NCBI GenBank assembly: GCA_963754315.1
Contig: CAVWFS010000008.1
Coordinates: 384,001-448,000, forward strand
Direction: 5' to 3'
DNA length: 64,000 bases
Source of the DNA: an uncultured Candidatus Rokubacteria bacterium
Lineage (GTDB): Bacteria > Methylomirabilota > Methylomirabilia > Rokubacteriales > CSP1-6
Shown here: in pieces, positions 19,370-29,602 of the stretch
Layout: each line of letters opens with the position of its first letter
How positions within the stretch are numbered: the stretch's first letter is position 1
The notes under the pieces: generated by a model
Databases searched by the model: none
Told to the model about the DNA's origin: nothing
What the model saw: only the letters and a program-made list of their open reading frames with translations
Program-made: the position numbers and the translations under genes

Positions 19370-21416
19370 ACCCCATCAGGTCACGCGCTCGCGCGACGAC
19401 CTGCTCGACCACGAACCCGAATTGGAGGAAGAGCTGCTCGCCGGGGGCCGAAGCTCCGAAGCGATCGAGCGTATGGGTGGCGCCGCTGGCTCCGATCCAC
19501 TTGTGCCAGCCGAACGACACGCCGGCTTCGACGGCCAGCCGCTTGGCGACAGATGGGGGCAGCACCGCGGTGTGGTACGAGTCCGGTTGCTCGTCGAACA
19601 GTTCCCAGCACGGCATCGACACGATGCGCGCGCGAATTCCACTCCGCGCGAGCACATCGGCGGCAGCGACGATGAGTGCCACCTCGGAGCCGGTTGCCAT
19701 CAGAATCACCTGCGGCCGATCGACCGCCGGGTTGAGGACGTATGCGCCCTGCTTGAGCCCCTCGGCGGGAGCAAATCGAGCCCGGTCGAGGACCGGCAGG
19801 TTCTGTCGGCTGAGGGCCAGTGCGGTGGGACGGTGCCGGTTGGCGATCGCTACCTGCCATGCCCACACCGTCTCGTTGGCGTCGGCGGGTCGGATGAACA
19901 GCAGATCGGGAATCGCACGCAGCGCGGCGTAGTGCTCGATGGGCTGGTGGGTCGGACCGTCCTCACCGAGTCCGACGCTATCGTGGGTGTACACCCAGAT
20001 GGCGCCCAGCCCTGACAGGGCGGACAGACGGACGGCCGGCCGCATGTAATCGGAAAATGTCAGGAAGGTGGCGCCGTAGGGAATCAGGCCGCCGTGGTAG
20101 GCCAGACCGTTGACCGCAGCCCCCATCGCGTGCTCTCTGACGCCGAAATAGAGATTGCGGCCTCCGTAGCCCCAGCCCCCGCCGACGGCGCCTTGGACGC
20201 CGTTCTGCGGAGACGTCGGATCCTGGAAGTCTCCGTGGTCCTTGAGCCACGTGAAGGTCGAGGGATTCAGATCCGCGGACCCGCCGATCAGCTCGGGCAG
20301 CCGCGCGGCGAGCGTTTGCAACACCGTCTCCGAAGCCTTGCGGGTCGCGATTCCCTTGGGGTCGGCAGGGTGGATCGGGAGCTCAGTGTCCCAGCCCTGC
20401 GGGAGCCGCCCCTCCATCACGCGCTCGAACTCCGCCGCTTCGCCGGGATGCTCGCGTCGGTACGCGGCAAAACGGCCCCGCCATTCCGCTTCGGCGGTCT
20501 GGCCGCGGGCGACACTCTCCCGGAAGTGGTCGAGCGCCTCGGGAGGGATGAGAAAGGAGGGCTCGGTCGGCCAGCCGAGGTTCGCCTTTGCTGCCTGAAG
20601 CTCCTCGGGGCCGAGAGGAGATCCGTGCGCGTGAAACGTGTCCTGCTTGTGAGGAGCACCGTACCCGATGTGCGTCCGCGCGATGATCAGCGAAGGACGC
20701 TTCCGCTCCTGGCGCGCCGCCGCCAAGGCTCGTTCGACCGATTGCAGATCATTGCCGTCCTCGACATGCTGCACGTGCCAGCCGTAGGCCGTGTAGCGGG
20801 ACCCGACATCCTCCGTGAAGATCAGGGACGTCGTTCCCGCCAGCGAGACCTTGTTGTCGTCGTAGATCATGATGAGCTTGCCGAGCCCGAGATGCCCGGC
20901 CAGCGAGCTCGCCTCGCTGCTGACTCCCTCCATGAGGTCGCCGTCTCCCGCCAGCACCCATGTGTGGTGGTCGACGATCTCGTGTCCTGGACGGTTGAAG
21001 CGCGCGGCCAGGTGAGCTTCAGCCATGGCGAAGCCGACCGCGTTGCCGATGCCTTGCCCAAGCGGGCCGGTCGTTGCCTCGACACCCTTGGTCAGATGGC
21101 TCTCGGGATGTCCCGGGGTGAGGCTCTTCCATTGCCGGAAGCGCTGGATCTCGTCGAGCGGAAGATCGTAGCCGGTCAGGTGGAGCAAGGAATAGAGCAA
21201 CATCGACCCATGCCCTGCCGACAGGATGAACCGGTCTCGGTCGGGCCAGCTGGGGTTGCTCGGATTGTGGCGCAAGAATCGCGTCCAGAGGACATACGAC
21301 AGTGCGGCGGCGCCCATGGGAAGTCCGGGATGCCCCGAGTTCGCCTTCTGGACGGCGTCCGCCGACAGGAATCGAATGGTGTTGATACAGGTGTCGTCCA
21401 GCTTCGCTCCATGCAT
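19368..21416 (-). CDS. tkt: Transketolase
   Basis: [54 protein letters not shown]. Confidence 0.97.
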   Translation of the reverse strand: MHGAKLDDTCINTIRFLSADAVQKANSGHPGLPMGAAALSYVLWTRFLRHNPSNPSWPDRDRFILSAGHGSMLLYSLLHLTGYDLPLDEIQRFRQWKSLTPGHPESHLTKGVEATTGPLGQGIGNAVGFAMAEAHLAARFNRPGHEIVDHHTWVLAGDGDLMEGVSSEASSLAGHLGLGKLIMIYDDNKVSLAGTTSLIFTEDVGSRYTAYGWHVQHVEDGNDLQSVERALAAARQERKRPSLIIARTHIGYGAPHKQDTFHAHGSPLGPEELQAAKANLGWPTEPSFLIPPEALDHFRESVARGQTAEAEWRGRFAAYRREHPGEAAEFERVMEGRLPQGWDTELPIHPADPKGIATRKASETVLQTLAARLPELIGGSADLNPSTFTWLKDHGDFQDPTSPQNGVQGAVGGGWGYGGRNLYFGVREHAMGAAVNGLAYHGGLIPYGATFLTFSDYMRPAVRLSALSGLGAIWVYTHDSVGLGEDGPTHQPIEHYAALRAIPDLLFIRPADANETVWAWQVAIANRHRPTALALSRQNLPVLDRARFAPAEGLKQGAYVLNPAVDRPQVILMATGSEVALIVAAADVLARSGIRARIVSMPCWELFDEQPDSYHTAVLPPSVAKRLAVEAGVSFGWHKWIGASGATHTLDRFGASAPGEQLFLQFGFVVEQVVARARDLMG

Positions 21417-21454
21417 CGTTCGGCCTCCGCGATGGTCAGACGCCTTTCACCATC

Positions 21455-22486
21455 CTAGGGCAATTCCGACCGGACGACACGCGCGGCGGCGCTGAGCGCG
21501 CAGAGTTTGCCGAACGCGGTGTCGCGCGGGAGATACTTCATTCCGCAATCGGGGGCCAGTACGAGCCGTTCCGGCGTCACATGGCCGAATGCGGCCCGGA
21601 CCCGCGCTGCCACCTGCTCCGCGGTTTCCACACTGGGGTCGCCGAGGTCGATCACCCCGAGGATGATCGTCTTGGAGGAGAGATCCGCCAGGACCCCCAG
21701 GTCCAGCCGCGGCTGGGCGGCCTCGATCGAGATCTGCTCGGCGACGGTATCCGCGAGTTGTGACAGGAAGGAGTAGCCGGTTGGCTTTTGCTGGCGGACG
21801 ACGGCGGCGTATCCGAAGCACAGGTGCAGCGCGCGGGGGACGGTGATCCCCCTCAAGGCCCGATTGATTGCGGCCACGGCGTACCGCTGGGCCGCCTCCG
21901 GGTCGTTGCGGAGCCACGGCTCGTCGAGCTGAATGACGTCGGCTCCCGCGGCCTGCAGATCGTGCGCCTCCGCGTTGACGGCCGCCGCAAAGTCCATGGC
22001 CATCTCCTCGGGATCGCGATAGAACTCGTTTTGCGCCTGCTGGGCCAACGTGAACGGCCCGGGCAGGGTGATCTTGGCCAGGCGCTCCGTCTGACGACGG
22101 AGAAACTCCATATCCCTGACCTCGACCGGATGCGCTCGCCGGATCCGGCCGACCACACGTGGCACGACGATCTCCTGTCCGGGCCGGTTCCGGATCAAGC
22201 CTGGATTGTCCTCCTCGACGCCGTCCAGCGCTGTCGCGAAGCGATTCGAGTAGCTCTCTCGACGGATCTCGCCGTCGGTGATGATGTCGATCCCGGCGCG
22301 CTCCATCTCGCGGATGGCGAGGACGGTGGCGTCGTCCTGTGCTTGCTCCAGCAGGGGCTCGGGAATTCGCCACATGCCCCGCTGGCGGACGCGGGGAACG
22401 CCCTTGGACAGCATCTGCCGATCGACCAGCCAGTCGGGCTGGGGATAGCTTCCGACCACCGTGGTCGCCAGTATCGGGTGTGCCAT
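21455..22486 (-). CDS. Cobalamin-independent methionine synthase catalytic-domain (core MetE-like) protein
   Basis: TTVVGSYP, DGEIRR, IQLDEP, Zn ligands HLC / E / PDCG. Single barrel of about 343 aa. Confidence 0.88.
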   Translation of the reverse strand: MAHPILATTVVGSYPQPDWLVDRQMLSKGVPRVRQRGMWRIPEPLLEQAQDDATVLAIREMERAGIDIITDGEIRRESYSNRFATALDGVEEDNPGLIRNRPGQEIVVPRVVGRIRRAHPVEVRDMEFLRRQTERLAKITLPGPFTLAQQAQNEFYRDPEEMAMDFAAAVNAEAHDLQAAGADVIQLDEPWLRNDPEAAQRYAVAAINRALRGITVPRALHLCFGYAAVVRQQKPTGYSFLSQLADTVAEQISIEAAQPRLDLGVLADLSSKTIILGVIDLGDPSVETAEQVAARVRAAFGHVTPERLVLAPDCGMKYLPRDTAFGKLCALSAAARVVRSELP

Positions 22487-22497
22487 GTTTCTCCCTT

Positions 22498-23766
22498 TCA
22501 GACTTGCTGGGGCACGGACGTGCCGGGTGGAGGCACGGAGTTTCGTTGCCATATGCTAGCGCGCCACTTGATTCCGATGAGGAGCGTGAAGATCAGGCCG
22601 ACGGCTGCGGAAGCGCTGATGGTCAACGGATAGCCAATGCGTTCGATGAGGGCGCCCGATGCCATCAGCCCGAGGGGCAACCCGTAGACGGCGAGCGTCC
22701 GGACGCCCATGACGCGGGCGCGAAAGCCGTCGCCGGCGGCGGCGAGCAGGGTCGAGGCCATGGAGATCATGGCCACGTTCTGGACGAAGCCGGCGGCCAG
22801 GAGCACGAGGAGCCCGCCGTGCATGCTCTGCACGTGACCGAACCCGAGCAGGAGGGCATACCAGATCGCGGTGTGGAGAAGGGTAGAGCGTTCCGGGCGC
22901 CGTGGTCCCCCCGACATGACCATCGTGAGCGAGCCCAGGAGGCCACCGAATGAGAAGCTGGCGACCAGCCATCCGAGGCCCGTCGCGTCGACCTCGTACA
23001 CGCGCTTGGCGACATAGGGCAGCAGACCCCCGGACGCCGGGTAGGCCGTCAGGTTGATCAGAAAGGCCAGCCACATGAAAGCCAGCAGCTGGGGCGTCTT
23101 TACGACGTGAGCGAGACCCTCTCGAAGCTCGTGCCATCGCGACGGACGCGGCACGTTGACGGTGAGATGCCCCGCGAAGACGAGCGGGGCCGCAGGTCGG
23201 CGCGCCACCCCCAGGGTCAGCGCGAGGCTGGCGGCGTAGAGGCTCGTCACGACCGCGTAGGCGGGCCCGATGCCGAGCACAGTGGAAAGTCCGGCCCCGG
23301 CGAGGGCTCCCGCCACGCGGGCGGAGTCCGCGGTGGCGCGGGACAGCCCGAGGGCGCCGAGCAGATGAGCGGAGGGGATCGTCTCGCCGATCAGCGCGTT
23401 GCGCATCACGAGGTCGTTGGGGCGGACGAGGCCACCGAGGGCAGCGGCGACGAAGACCCAGGTGGTGGTCAGCATCCCGGTCAGGGCTAGTACCATCGTC
23501 AAGGCAGCGAGGAGGATGTGGGCGGCACGCGTCGCACATAGCATGATCCGGCCGCCGAGCTGATCGCCCAGCACGCCGAACATCGGCGCGGCGAGCGTGC
23601 CGAAAAACTGGAGCGCGCCAAACGCGGTGAGGAGCAGGACGGAGCCGGTATTGACCATGACGTACCAGGCCAGGATGAGGGTTTCCATCTCGGAGGCCCA
23701 CGACGTGAGGAGGTCGGCCGGCCACTGGAAGCGAAAGCTGCGGACCCGAAAGGCGGCGAGGATCAA
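22498..23766 (-). CDS. MFS transporter (MFS_3/EntS-like)
   Basis: AAFRVRSFR N-terminus, about 12 TM segments, RARVMG motif. Confidence 0.9.
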   Translation of the reverse strand: MILAAFRVRSFRFQWPADLLTSWASEMETLILAWYVMVNTGSVLLLTAFGALQFFGTLAAPMFGVLGDQLGGRIMLCATRAAHILLAALTMVLALTGMLTTTWVFVAAALGGLVRPNDLVMRNALIGETIPSAHLLGALGLSRATADSARVAGALAGAGLSTVLGIGPAYAVVTSLYAASLALTLGVARRPAAPLVFAGHLTVNVPRPSRWHELREGLAHVVKTPQLLAFMWLAFLINLTAYPASGGLLPYVAKRVYEVDATGLGWLVASFSFGGLLGSLTMVMSGGPRRPERSTLLHTAIWYALLLGFGHVQSMHGGLLVLLAAGFVQNVAMISMASTLLAAAGDGFRARVMGVRTLAVYGLPLGLMASGALIERIGYPLTISASAAVGLIFTLLIGIKWRASIWQRNSVPPPGTSVPQQV

Positions 23767-23784
23767 CGCAAGCGGCGAGACCCT

Positions 23785-24804
23785 CTACCCGGCCGGTACG
23801 GCCTGCGGCAGGTTCAGCAGCGACTCCAGATTGCGCCAGAGGATCTTCTCTTTCTCGTCCGCGGTCAGGGTCGTGAGGCTCTGGACCCAGGTCACGGGCG
23901 AGGGGTGCCACGGCACGAAGGGCCAATCGCTGCCGAGCACGACCCGGTCGGCGCCCACCTGATCGAGCAGAAAGCGGAGGGCAGCCTCGCTGCCGGTCAC
24001 GCAGTCGTAATAGAGGCGACGCTGGTACGTGCTCGGCGGCTGCTGGATGCCGCCCCGAGCCTCGGGGCGGCCCTGCCAGCCCCGGTCGATGCGTCCCATG
24101 GCGAAGCAGGCCGGGCCCCCACCATGAGCGATGCACACCTTGAGGCCGGGACAGGCCTCGAGGATGCCGCCGAAGATCAAGATGGCCACGACGATCGCGT
24201 CCTCGACGATGACACCGAGGCTATTGAAGAGTCCATAGCGAGTAGTGCGCTGCATCATGAAGTTGTGCTGTGGCTGTGGGTGAAAGAACAGCACGGCCCC
24301 CATGGCCTCCGCCGCCTTGAACAGGGGGAGGTACTTCGGCTCATCCCAGTTCTCGCCGTTGACCACCGTGTCCAGCTCGGCGCCCTTCAGGCCGAGCACG
24401 GTCACCGCGCGCTCCAGCTCATCGATGGCCCTCGTGACATCCTGGACGGGCAAGGTGGCCAGGCCCGCGAAGCGCTGGGGCCACTGCCGAGCCATGGCCG
24501 CGATCTCGTCGTTCACCTCCCGCGCCAGAGCCTGTCCCTGGGCCGGGTCGAGGTGGTAGCCGAAGAACGGTGTGTGGATGGAGACCACTTGGACGTCCAC
24601 TCCCTGGGTGTCCATGTCCTTCAATCGCTCTTCTGGGGTGAAGCGCACTTTGGGGGAGGTGAAGCTCGTACGCTTGCCGCCTCCTACCATGGTGCCGATA
24701 CCATCACCGGGTTCGTGATGAAAGCCGTACCAATGGCGGCCGGCGTCGGCGGCCTGCCACAAGGACTTCGGCACGAGGTGAGCATGGATGTCGATGGTCC
24801 TCAT
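23785..24804 (-). CDS. Amidohydrolase, ACMSD/decarboxylase-like
   Basis: IDIHAH, FAGLATLPVQD, FFHP, IAHGGG, LGSDWPF. Confidence 0.88.
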   Translation of the reverse strand: MRTIDIHAHLVPKSLWQAADAGRHWYGFHHEPGDGIGTMVGGGKRTSFTSPKVRFTPEERLKDMDTQGVDVQVVSIHTPFFGYHLDPAQGQALAREVNDEIAAMARQWPQRFAGLATLPVQDVTRAIDELERAVTVLGLKGAELDTVVNGENWDEPKYLPLFKAAEAMGAVLFFHPQPQHNFMMQRTTRYGLFNSLGVIVEDAIVVAILIFGGILEACPGLKVCIAHGGGPACFAMGRIDRGWQGRPEARGGIQQPPSTYQRRLYYDCVTGSEAALRFLLDQVGADRVVLGSDWPFVPWHPSPVTWVQSLTTLTADEKEKILWRNLESLLNLPQAVPAG

Positions 24805-24818
24805 GGGCTCCTCGCGGA

Positions 24819-25256
24819 TTATTTCTTGAAGAGGTCGTCGAAGCCGCGGCGGATGTCACCGGGCCGGGTGGAATCAGGCGACGCGTCTCGCTCGATCGTG
24901 ACCCGGAGCGAGAACGAGCCGCACTCGTTGCGAACGTTCTTGTCCGCTACCCGCTCCGGGATGGGCTGCCCGCATTCGAAGCGCTGACCCGGATCGAAGT
25001 GGCCGCACTGACGGCAGGCGTGGAGATCGGCGCGACAGTGCGGGCACTGCTCGAGTGACGCGATCGCAATGGGCAGAACCGCGCCGCATGCGCCACAGCG
25101 GGAAACGGTTCGCTTGGCGAGCATCCCGCCGGTGCGCGGCCCGTCGGGTGGGGATGGTGAAGGTCTGCGCGGCCCGTCGGGTGGGGATGGTGAAGGTCTG
25201 CGCGGCCCGGCATCCTGGCTCCGGTATCCCTGGTGACGATACTTTCGGTCGGCCAT
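24819..25256 (-). CDS. Hypothetical Cys-rich (double zinc-finger-like) protein
   Basis: CGAC, CPHC, CRQC and two further Cys (FEC, NEC); C-terminal FDDLFKK. Confidence 0.75.
   Translation of the reverse strand: MADRKYRHQGYRSQDAGPRRPSPSPPDGPRRPSPSPPDGPRTGGMLAKRTVSRCGACGAVLPIAIASLEQCPHCRADLHACRQCGHFDPGQRFECGQPIPERVADKNVRNECGSFSLRVTIERDASPDSTRPGDIRRGFDDLFKK
25133..25209. repeat. Perfect 33-bp tandem repeat (about 2.3 copies) within the Cys-rich gene
   Basis: gcgcggcccgtcgggtggggatggtgaaggtct at 25134-25166 and 25167-25199 plus a partial copy; encodes (GPRRPSPSPPD)x2. Confidence 0.92.
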
Positions 25257-25320
25257 TGGACGTGACTCCTTCTCCCGTGCTCAGCTGATGCGATGAAGCG
25301 GGGCAGGGAGGCCCCTCATT

Positions 25321-25623
25321 TTATTCGGAGCCGCCCTTGACCTCGGCGATCTTGCGGTCGCGATCGCGGGCGAGACGCCCGAGGTCTTGGGTGAGCTCGG
25401 CGTTGAGCTTGGCGACCTCCTCCGCACCCCGGGCCTTGTGCAGCGCATCGCGGTGCAGGATCTCTCGCTCGGCAACCTTGGATTCATACACCTTGCGCAC
25501 CTCGGCGATAGCCGCCTTCTGCTCGGTGCTGAGGGGGCGCTCCACGACACCCTCTTCGCGGTCCTTCTGGCGCAGGCGCTCCATGGCCAGCTCGAAGGCG
25601 CTCTTCGGACCGTCGCTTGCCAT
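25321..25623 (-). CDS. Hypothetical charged coiled-coil protein
   Basis: MASDGPKSAFELAMERL..QKAAIAEVR..AEREILH; SD gaggtg and TACACT -10 upstream. Confidence 0.75.
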   Translation of the reverse strand: MASDGPKSAFELAMERLRQKDREEGVVERPLSTEQKAAIAEVRKVYESKVAEREILHRDALHKARGAEEVAKLNAELTQDLGRLARDRDRKIAEVKGGSE

Positions 25624-25712
25624 TGTCGATCACCTCGCTTTCCTGTAAGTGTAGCGCGACAGTCGGGGCGCCTGGATACAATGGCGTCCGCCCCACGCCA
25701 AGGAGGCGAGAC

Positions 25713-26189
25713 ATGGCACTGCACGTGCGGCGGGTGATCACGGGCCACGATTCTTCCGGCCGGGCCATCGTCAAGATCGACGAGGTCTCCCAGAACGTCT
25801 TCTCGGGGCGACCAGGGGCGACGGCGTGCAACATCTGGACGACCGAGGGCTTTCCCGCCAATAACGACGGGGCTTCCGACGAGGGCCTGCGCAAGGTCGG
25901 GACCACCTTGAAGAACGGAACGATCTTTCGGGTCATCGAGTTCGCGCCCGGCCTGGCCGCCCGCAATCACCGCACCGACTCCATCGACTATATCGTCGTC
26001 ATCTCCGGCGAGATCGACATGGAGCTGGACGACTCCGTGGTCCACCTCAAGGCCGGGGACGTCATGGTTCAGCGAGGCACGATCCACAACTGGGTCAATC
26101 GGGGAACCGCACCGTGCGTGCTCGCGGTCATCCTTGTGGACGCCAAGTCGGTCGAGGTCGGAGGCAAGGTCCTGCACGCGGAGGGCTAG
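25713..26189 (+). CDS. Cupin domain protein
   Basis: VRRVITGH, HRTDSIDY, GDVMVQRGTIHNW; SD aggagg. Confidence 0.9.
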   Translation: MALHVRRVITGHDSSGRAIVKIDEVSQNVFSGRPGATACNIWTTEGFPANNDGASDEGLRKVGTTLKNGTIFRVIEFAPGLAARNHRTDSIDYIVVISGEIDMELDDSVVHLKAGDVMVQRGTIHNWVNRGTAPCVLAVILVDAKSVEVGGKVLHAEG

Positions 26190-26214
26190 ACCCTCGAGGG
26201 AGAAGGAGACCACT

Positions 26215-27846
26215 ATGGGCCGAGGAATCGATCGTCGGACATTTCTGAAGACGGCAGCGACGACGGCGGTCGCGGCCGCGGGGGGACCGCTCGTGGTGGG
26301 CACCCGGGCCGTCGCCTCGAACGATCGCTTGGTGGTGGCGGTCGGCAGCTGGGGCACGGAAACGCCGTTTGCCTGGCGTACCGTGCAGGCCGAGAAGCCC
26401 CTGTGGGATTGTATGTATGATTCGCTCATCACGCGCGAGGCGAAGACCTTCGAATACCGCCCCGGCCTGGCCACCGAGTGGAAGCCGTCGAACGAGATGC
26501 GGACCTGGACGTTCAAGCTCCGTCCCGGGGTGAAGTTCCATGAAGGGTGGGGCGAGATGACGGCCGAGGACGTCAAGTTCACGGTCGAACAGAACATCAA
26601 GCCCGACGCCGGCGGCGGCTCGGCCCCGTTCTTTCGCGGCCAGCTCGACCGGATCGAGACACCCGACAAGCTCACCGTGGTGATGCACTTCAAGAATCGC
26701 GTGTGGGAGGCGCCCTCCAACTTCACCCAGTTCGTCGGCTACCAGAACATCACCTCCAAGAAGTATCTGGAATCGGTGGGTGAGCAGAAGGCAGCGCTGC
26801 ATCCCATCGGCACTGGTCCCTACCGCCACGTGGAAGGTCGGCAGGGCGACTACCACCGGTTCGAGGCGGTCCCGAATCACTGGCGGAAGACCCCTGCGTT
26901 CAAGGAGTTGGTGATCCGACGTGTCCCTGATCCGGCCACGCGTCTATCCGGACTCCGCGCGGGCGAGATCGACATCGGGCAAGTATTTGGCGACTACCTC
27001 GAACAGGCTCGGAAGGCAGGACTCCGCATCCACCCGGTTGCGAACTCTGCCTGCAACTGGGTCATCCTGTCGGGCCAGACCACGCCGGACCGCGACGACT
27101 ACTGCCCGACCTGCCCCTGGGCCGGCGACCCGAACGACAAGAAGAGTCTCGAGAACGCGCGCAAAGTCCGGCTCGCCATGAACCTGGCCGTGAACAAGAA
27201 GGCCATCATCAGCGGGCTCTGGAAGGGGATGGGCACGGAGACGCCCTTCTCGTACTACTACTATCCATTCCACAAGGGCTACAGCGCCGACTGGAAGATT
27301 CCGCCCTACGATCCCGAGCGGGCCAAGAAGCTGCTGGCCGAGGCGGGCCAGTCGGGCGGGTTCGAGGTTCGCGTGAATCCCATGGTCATGGTCTACGCGG
27401 CCGATGGGCCCGACATCATGGAGGCGGTCGCCCTCGATTGGGAGAAGGTCGGGATCAAGTCGAAGCGGTTCCCGGAGATGACCAGCACCTTCGGCCCCAA
27501 GTCCCGTCTGCGCAAGACCAACAAGACACACTGGGTCTATGGCTCGCCGCCGTTCGACGAGCCCATCCTCGCCTGGAGCCGCGTGCTGCATTCCAAGGGC
27601 GCCTTCAACCTGCTCTGCGACGGCCCGTACGACGAGGACATCGAGACCGCCATGGCAGAGCTCGATGTCGAGAAGCGGGCGGGACTGAGCCGAGCGCTGG
27701 GACAGAAGCTCTACGACGACTATCGCGGCGTCATGCTGGGAGTCCGATCGATCACGTGGGCGACGAGCCGCAAGGTGGGCAGCTGGCAAACGCTTGCCTT
27801 CGTCCCGCTCGAAACCAACTACGAGTACGTGAGCCCCGCCAGCTAG
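26215..27846 (+). CDS. ABC transporter substrate-binding protein, family 5, Tat-exported
   Basis: DRRTFLK twin-Arg signal; PGLATEW, FKLRPGVKFH, PIGTGPY, YDPERAKKLLAEAG. Confidence 0.92.
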   Translation: MGRGIDRRTFLKTAATTAVAAAGGPLVVGTRAVASNDRLVVAVGSWGTETPFAWRTVQAEKPLWDCMYDSLITREAKTFEYRPGLATEWKPSNEMRTWTFKLRPGVKFHEGWGEMTAEDVKFTVEQNIKPDAGGGSAPFFRGQLDRIETPDKLTVVMHFKNRVWEAPSNFTQFVGYQNITSKKYLESVGEQKAALHPIGTGPYRHVEGRQGDYHRFEAVPNHWRKTPAFKELVIRRVPDPATRLSGLRAGEIDIGQVFGDYLEQARKAGLRIHPVANSACNWVILSGQTTPDRDDYCPTCPWAGDPNDKKSLENARKVRLAMNLAVNKKAIISGLWKGMGTETPFSYYYYPFHKGYSADWKIPPYDPERAKKLLAEAGQSGGFEVRVNPMVMVYAADGPDIMEAVALDWEKVGIKSKRFPEMTSTFGPKSRLRKTNKTHWVYGSPPFDEPILAWSRVLHSKGAFNLLCDGPYDEDIETAMAELDVEKRAGLSRALGQKLYDDYRGVMLGVRSITWATSRKVGSWQTLAFVPLETNYEYVSPAS

Positions 27847-27853
27847 TCATCCA

Positions 27854-28031
27854 GCACGCACGGATGATCGAGGGGCGCCACGGGTTCCCGGGGCGTCCCG
27901 AGCGCTGGGGGTATGGGGGGCCATGGCGGGGCCCCCGGATGGGCACGCACGGATGATCGAGGGGCGCCACGGGTTTCCCGGGGCGTCCCGAGCGCTGGGG
28001 GGTATGGGGGGCCATGGCGGGGCCCCCCATG
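27854..28031. repeat. Two tandem copies of an ~89-bp REP-like unit ending in a G/C-run palindrome
   Basis: Units start at 27854 and 27943 and differ mainly in homopolymer lengths. Each ends in atggggggcc-atggcgg-ggccccc(cat). Sits between convergent genes. Confidence 0.88.
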
Positions 28032-28042
28032 ATAACGACACA

Positions 28043-29587
28043 CTAATTCCGCTTCAGGCGCAGATCCTCCAGAGGGCCGGAGTACGCGAAGCTGCGGATC
28101 AGGTTGACACCCGGTTCCTCGACGCGGGGCCCGACCCCCCAGATGAAGGCCAGCTCGTAGATGGGAATCTGGGTCACCCGATCGTGGAGGATCTGCTGGA
28201 TCTGGCCGAGCAGGGCCTCGCGCTTCTTCACGTCCGTCTCCCGGGCCTGGCGCTGGAAGAGGTCTTCGACGTCGGGCATGACGCCTGCGGTGTAGATGCC
28301 GTTCCGGCTGACGTAGGCCTCGAGGCGCGTGGCCGCGTTGCCGCCGGCGCCGGTGATGCCGACGATGACGTTCTTGAGCTTGCGCTCGCGCCACGCCGTC
28401 GTCATCGCCGCGCGCTCCATGATGCGGATCTTCGTCCGAATTCCGACTGCCCCCAGGTAGGTGGCCAGCGCCTCGCCCATCGAGTTGTAGGGCGGCCACG
28501 GGTAGAAGTCACCGGCATCGAACCCGTTGGGGAAGCCCGCCTCGGCGAGCAGCCGCTTGGCCTTCGCGGGATCGAAAGGATCCGGCTCGAAGATGCGCGA
28601 GAACTCGAGCGCGCGCGGGATCAGCGAGCCGGTCGGCTTCGAGAAGCCGAGCGTCTCGGCCTGGTTGAGCGCGTGCCGGTCGAGGGACAAACTGGCGGCC
28701 TGACGCACGCGGCGGTCATGCCAGGGGGACTTCGGGTCCCACTGGTCAGGCAGATCGAGCCAGAACACGGCGGGGGATTCCTTGGGCGCCACCAGCTTGA
28801 AGCCCGGCGTTCGCTGGATGTCCTCGGCGACGGGGCCGGTGAGCAGATAGGCGATATCCACCTCGCCCTTCTTGAGCGCAGCCGCCCGCGTGGTCTCTTC
28901 CGGCATGCTCCGGTAGACGAGTCGCTTGACGTTGGGGACCTTGCGCCAGTACCCCTCGAAAGCCTCCATCACCAGCTCGACCCCGGGATTGAAGCTCACG
29001 AACTTGTAGGGCCCCGCGCCAATCGGGTGCTTCTTGAACCCGTCTTCTCCCACCTTCTCGACGTACGCCTTGGGCACCACCCACCCGGCGCCAGTGGCCG
29101 AGGTGCCGTAAAACGTCATGAAGTCCGGCCACGCCTCCTTCAGGTGAAAGCGCACCCGCCCGGCGTCCACCACCTGGACCTCGCGTACGCGCTCCTTGAG
29201 GAGCTTCGCCCCCGAGCCCTTGTATCGCTCGAAGGAAAACTTGACGTCATCTGCTGTCACCGGATCGCCATTGTGGAACTTCACGCCCTTGCGCAGGACG
29301 AATTCGTAGGTGAGCCCGTCCTTGGACTGGGTCCACGACTCGGCCAGGCTCGCCGTGTTCGGGCCGGCGGGCAAGGGCTTCACCAGCGCATCGTGGAGCG
29401 CGTAGAGCACCATGAACGGGGTGATGATTCCTTCGGTTTCGGCGGGATCGAGCCAGCGGGAGGCCAAGGTGATGTGCACCCCCCACGTCATCGTTCCTTC
29501 CGGCGCGGCGAATGCCGCACCGGCGACACCCGACACCAGGGCAACCGCTACCAGCACGATCCCGACACCCGCGGTCACTCGCCTCAT
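28043..29587 (-). CDS. ABC transporter substrate-binding protein, family 5
   Basis: Signal peptide; LDPAE, SLAESW, FVLRKGVKFHNG, PIGAGPY, AKRLLAEAG. Confidence 0.93.
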   Translation of the reverse strand: MRRVTAGVGIVLVAVALVSGVAGAAFAAPEGTMTWGVHITLASRWLDPAETEGIITPFMVLYALHDALVKPLPAGPNTASLAESWTQSKDGLTYEFVLRKGVKFHNGDPVTADDVKFSFERYKGSGAKLLKERVREVQVVDAGRVRFHLKEAWPDFMTFYGTSATGAGWVVPKAYVEKVGEDGFKKHPIGAGPYKFVSFNPGVELVMEAFEGYWRKVPNVKRLVYRSMPEETTRAAALKKGEVDIAYLLTGPVAEDIQRTPGFKLVAPKESPAVFWLDLPDQWDPKSPWHDRRVRQAASLSLDRHALNQAETLGFSKPTGSLIPRALEFSRIFEPDPFDPAKAKRLLAEAGFPNGFDAGDFYPWPPYNSMGEALATYLGAVGIRTKIRIMERAAMTTAWRERKLKNVIVGITGAGGNAATRLEAYVSRNGIYTAGVMPDVEDLFQRQARETDVKKREALLGQIQQILHDRVTQIPIYELAFIWGVGPRVEEPGVNLIRSFAYSGPLEDLRLKRN

Positions 29588-29602
29588 GCATTTCCTCCCG
29601 GA

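Noticed and set aside
27854..28031. Possible CRISPR array
   Set aside because: Only two long tandem units, no unique spacers, no cas genes.
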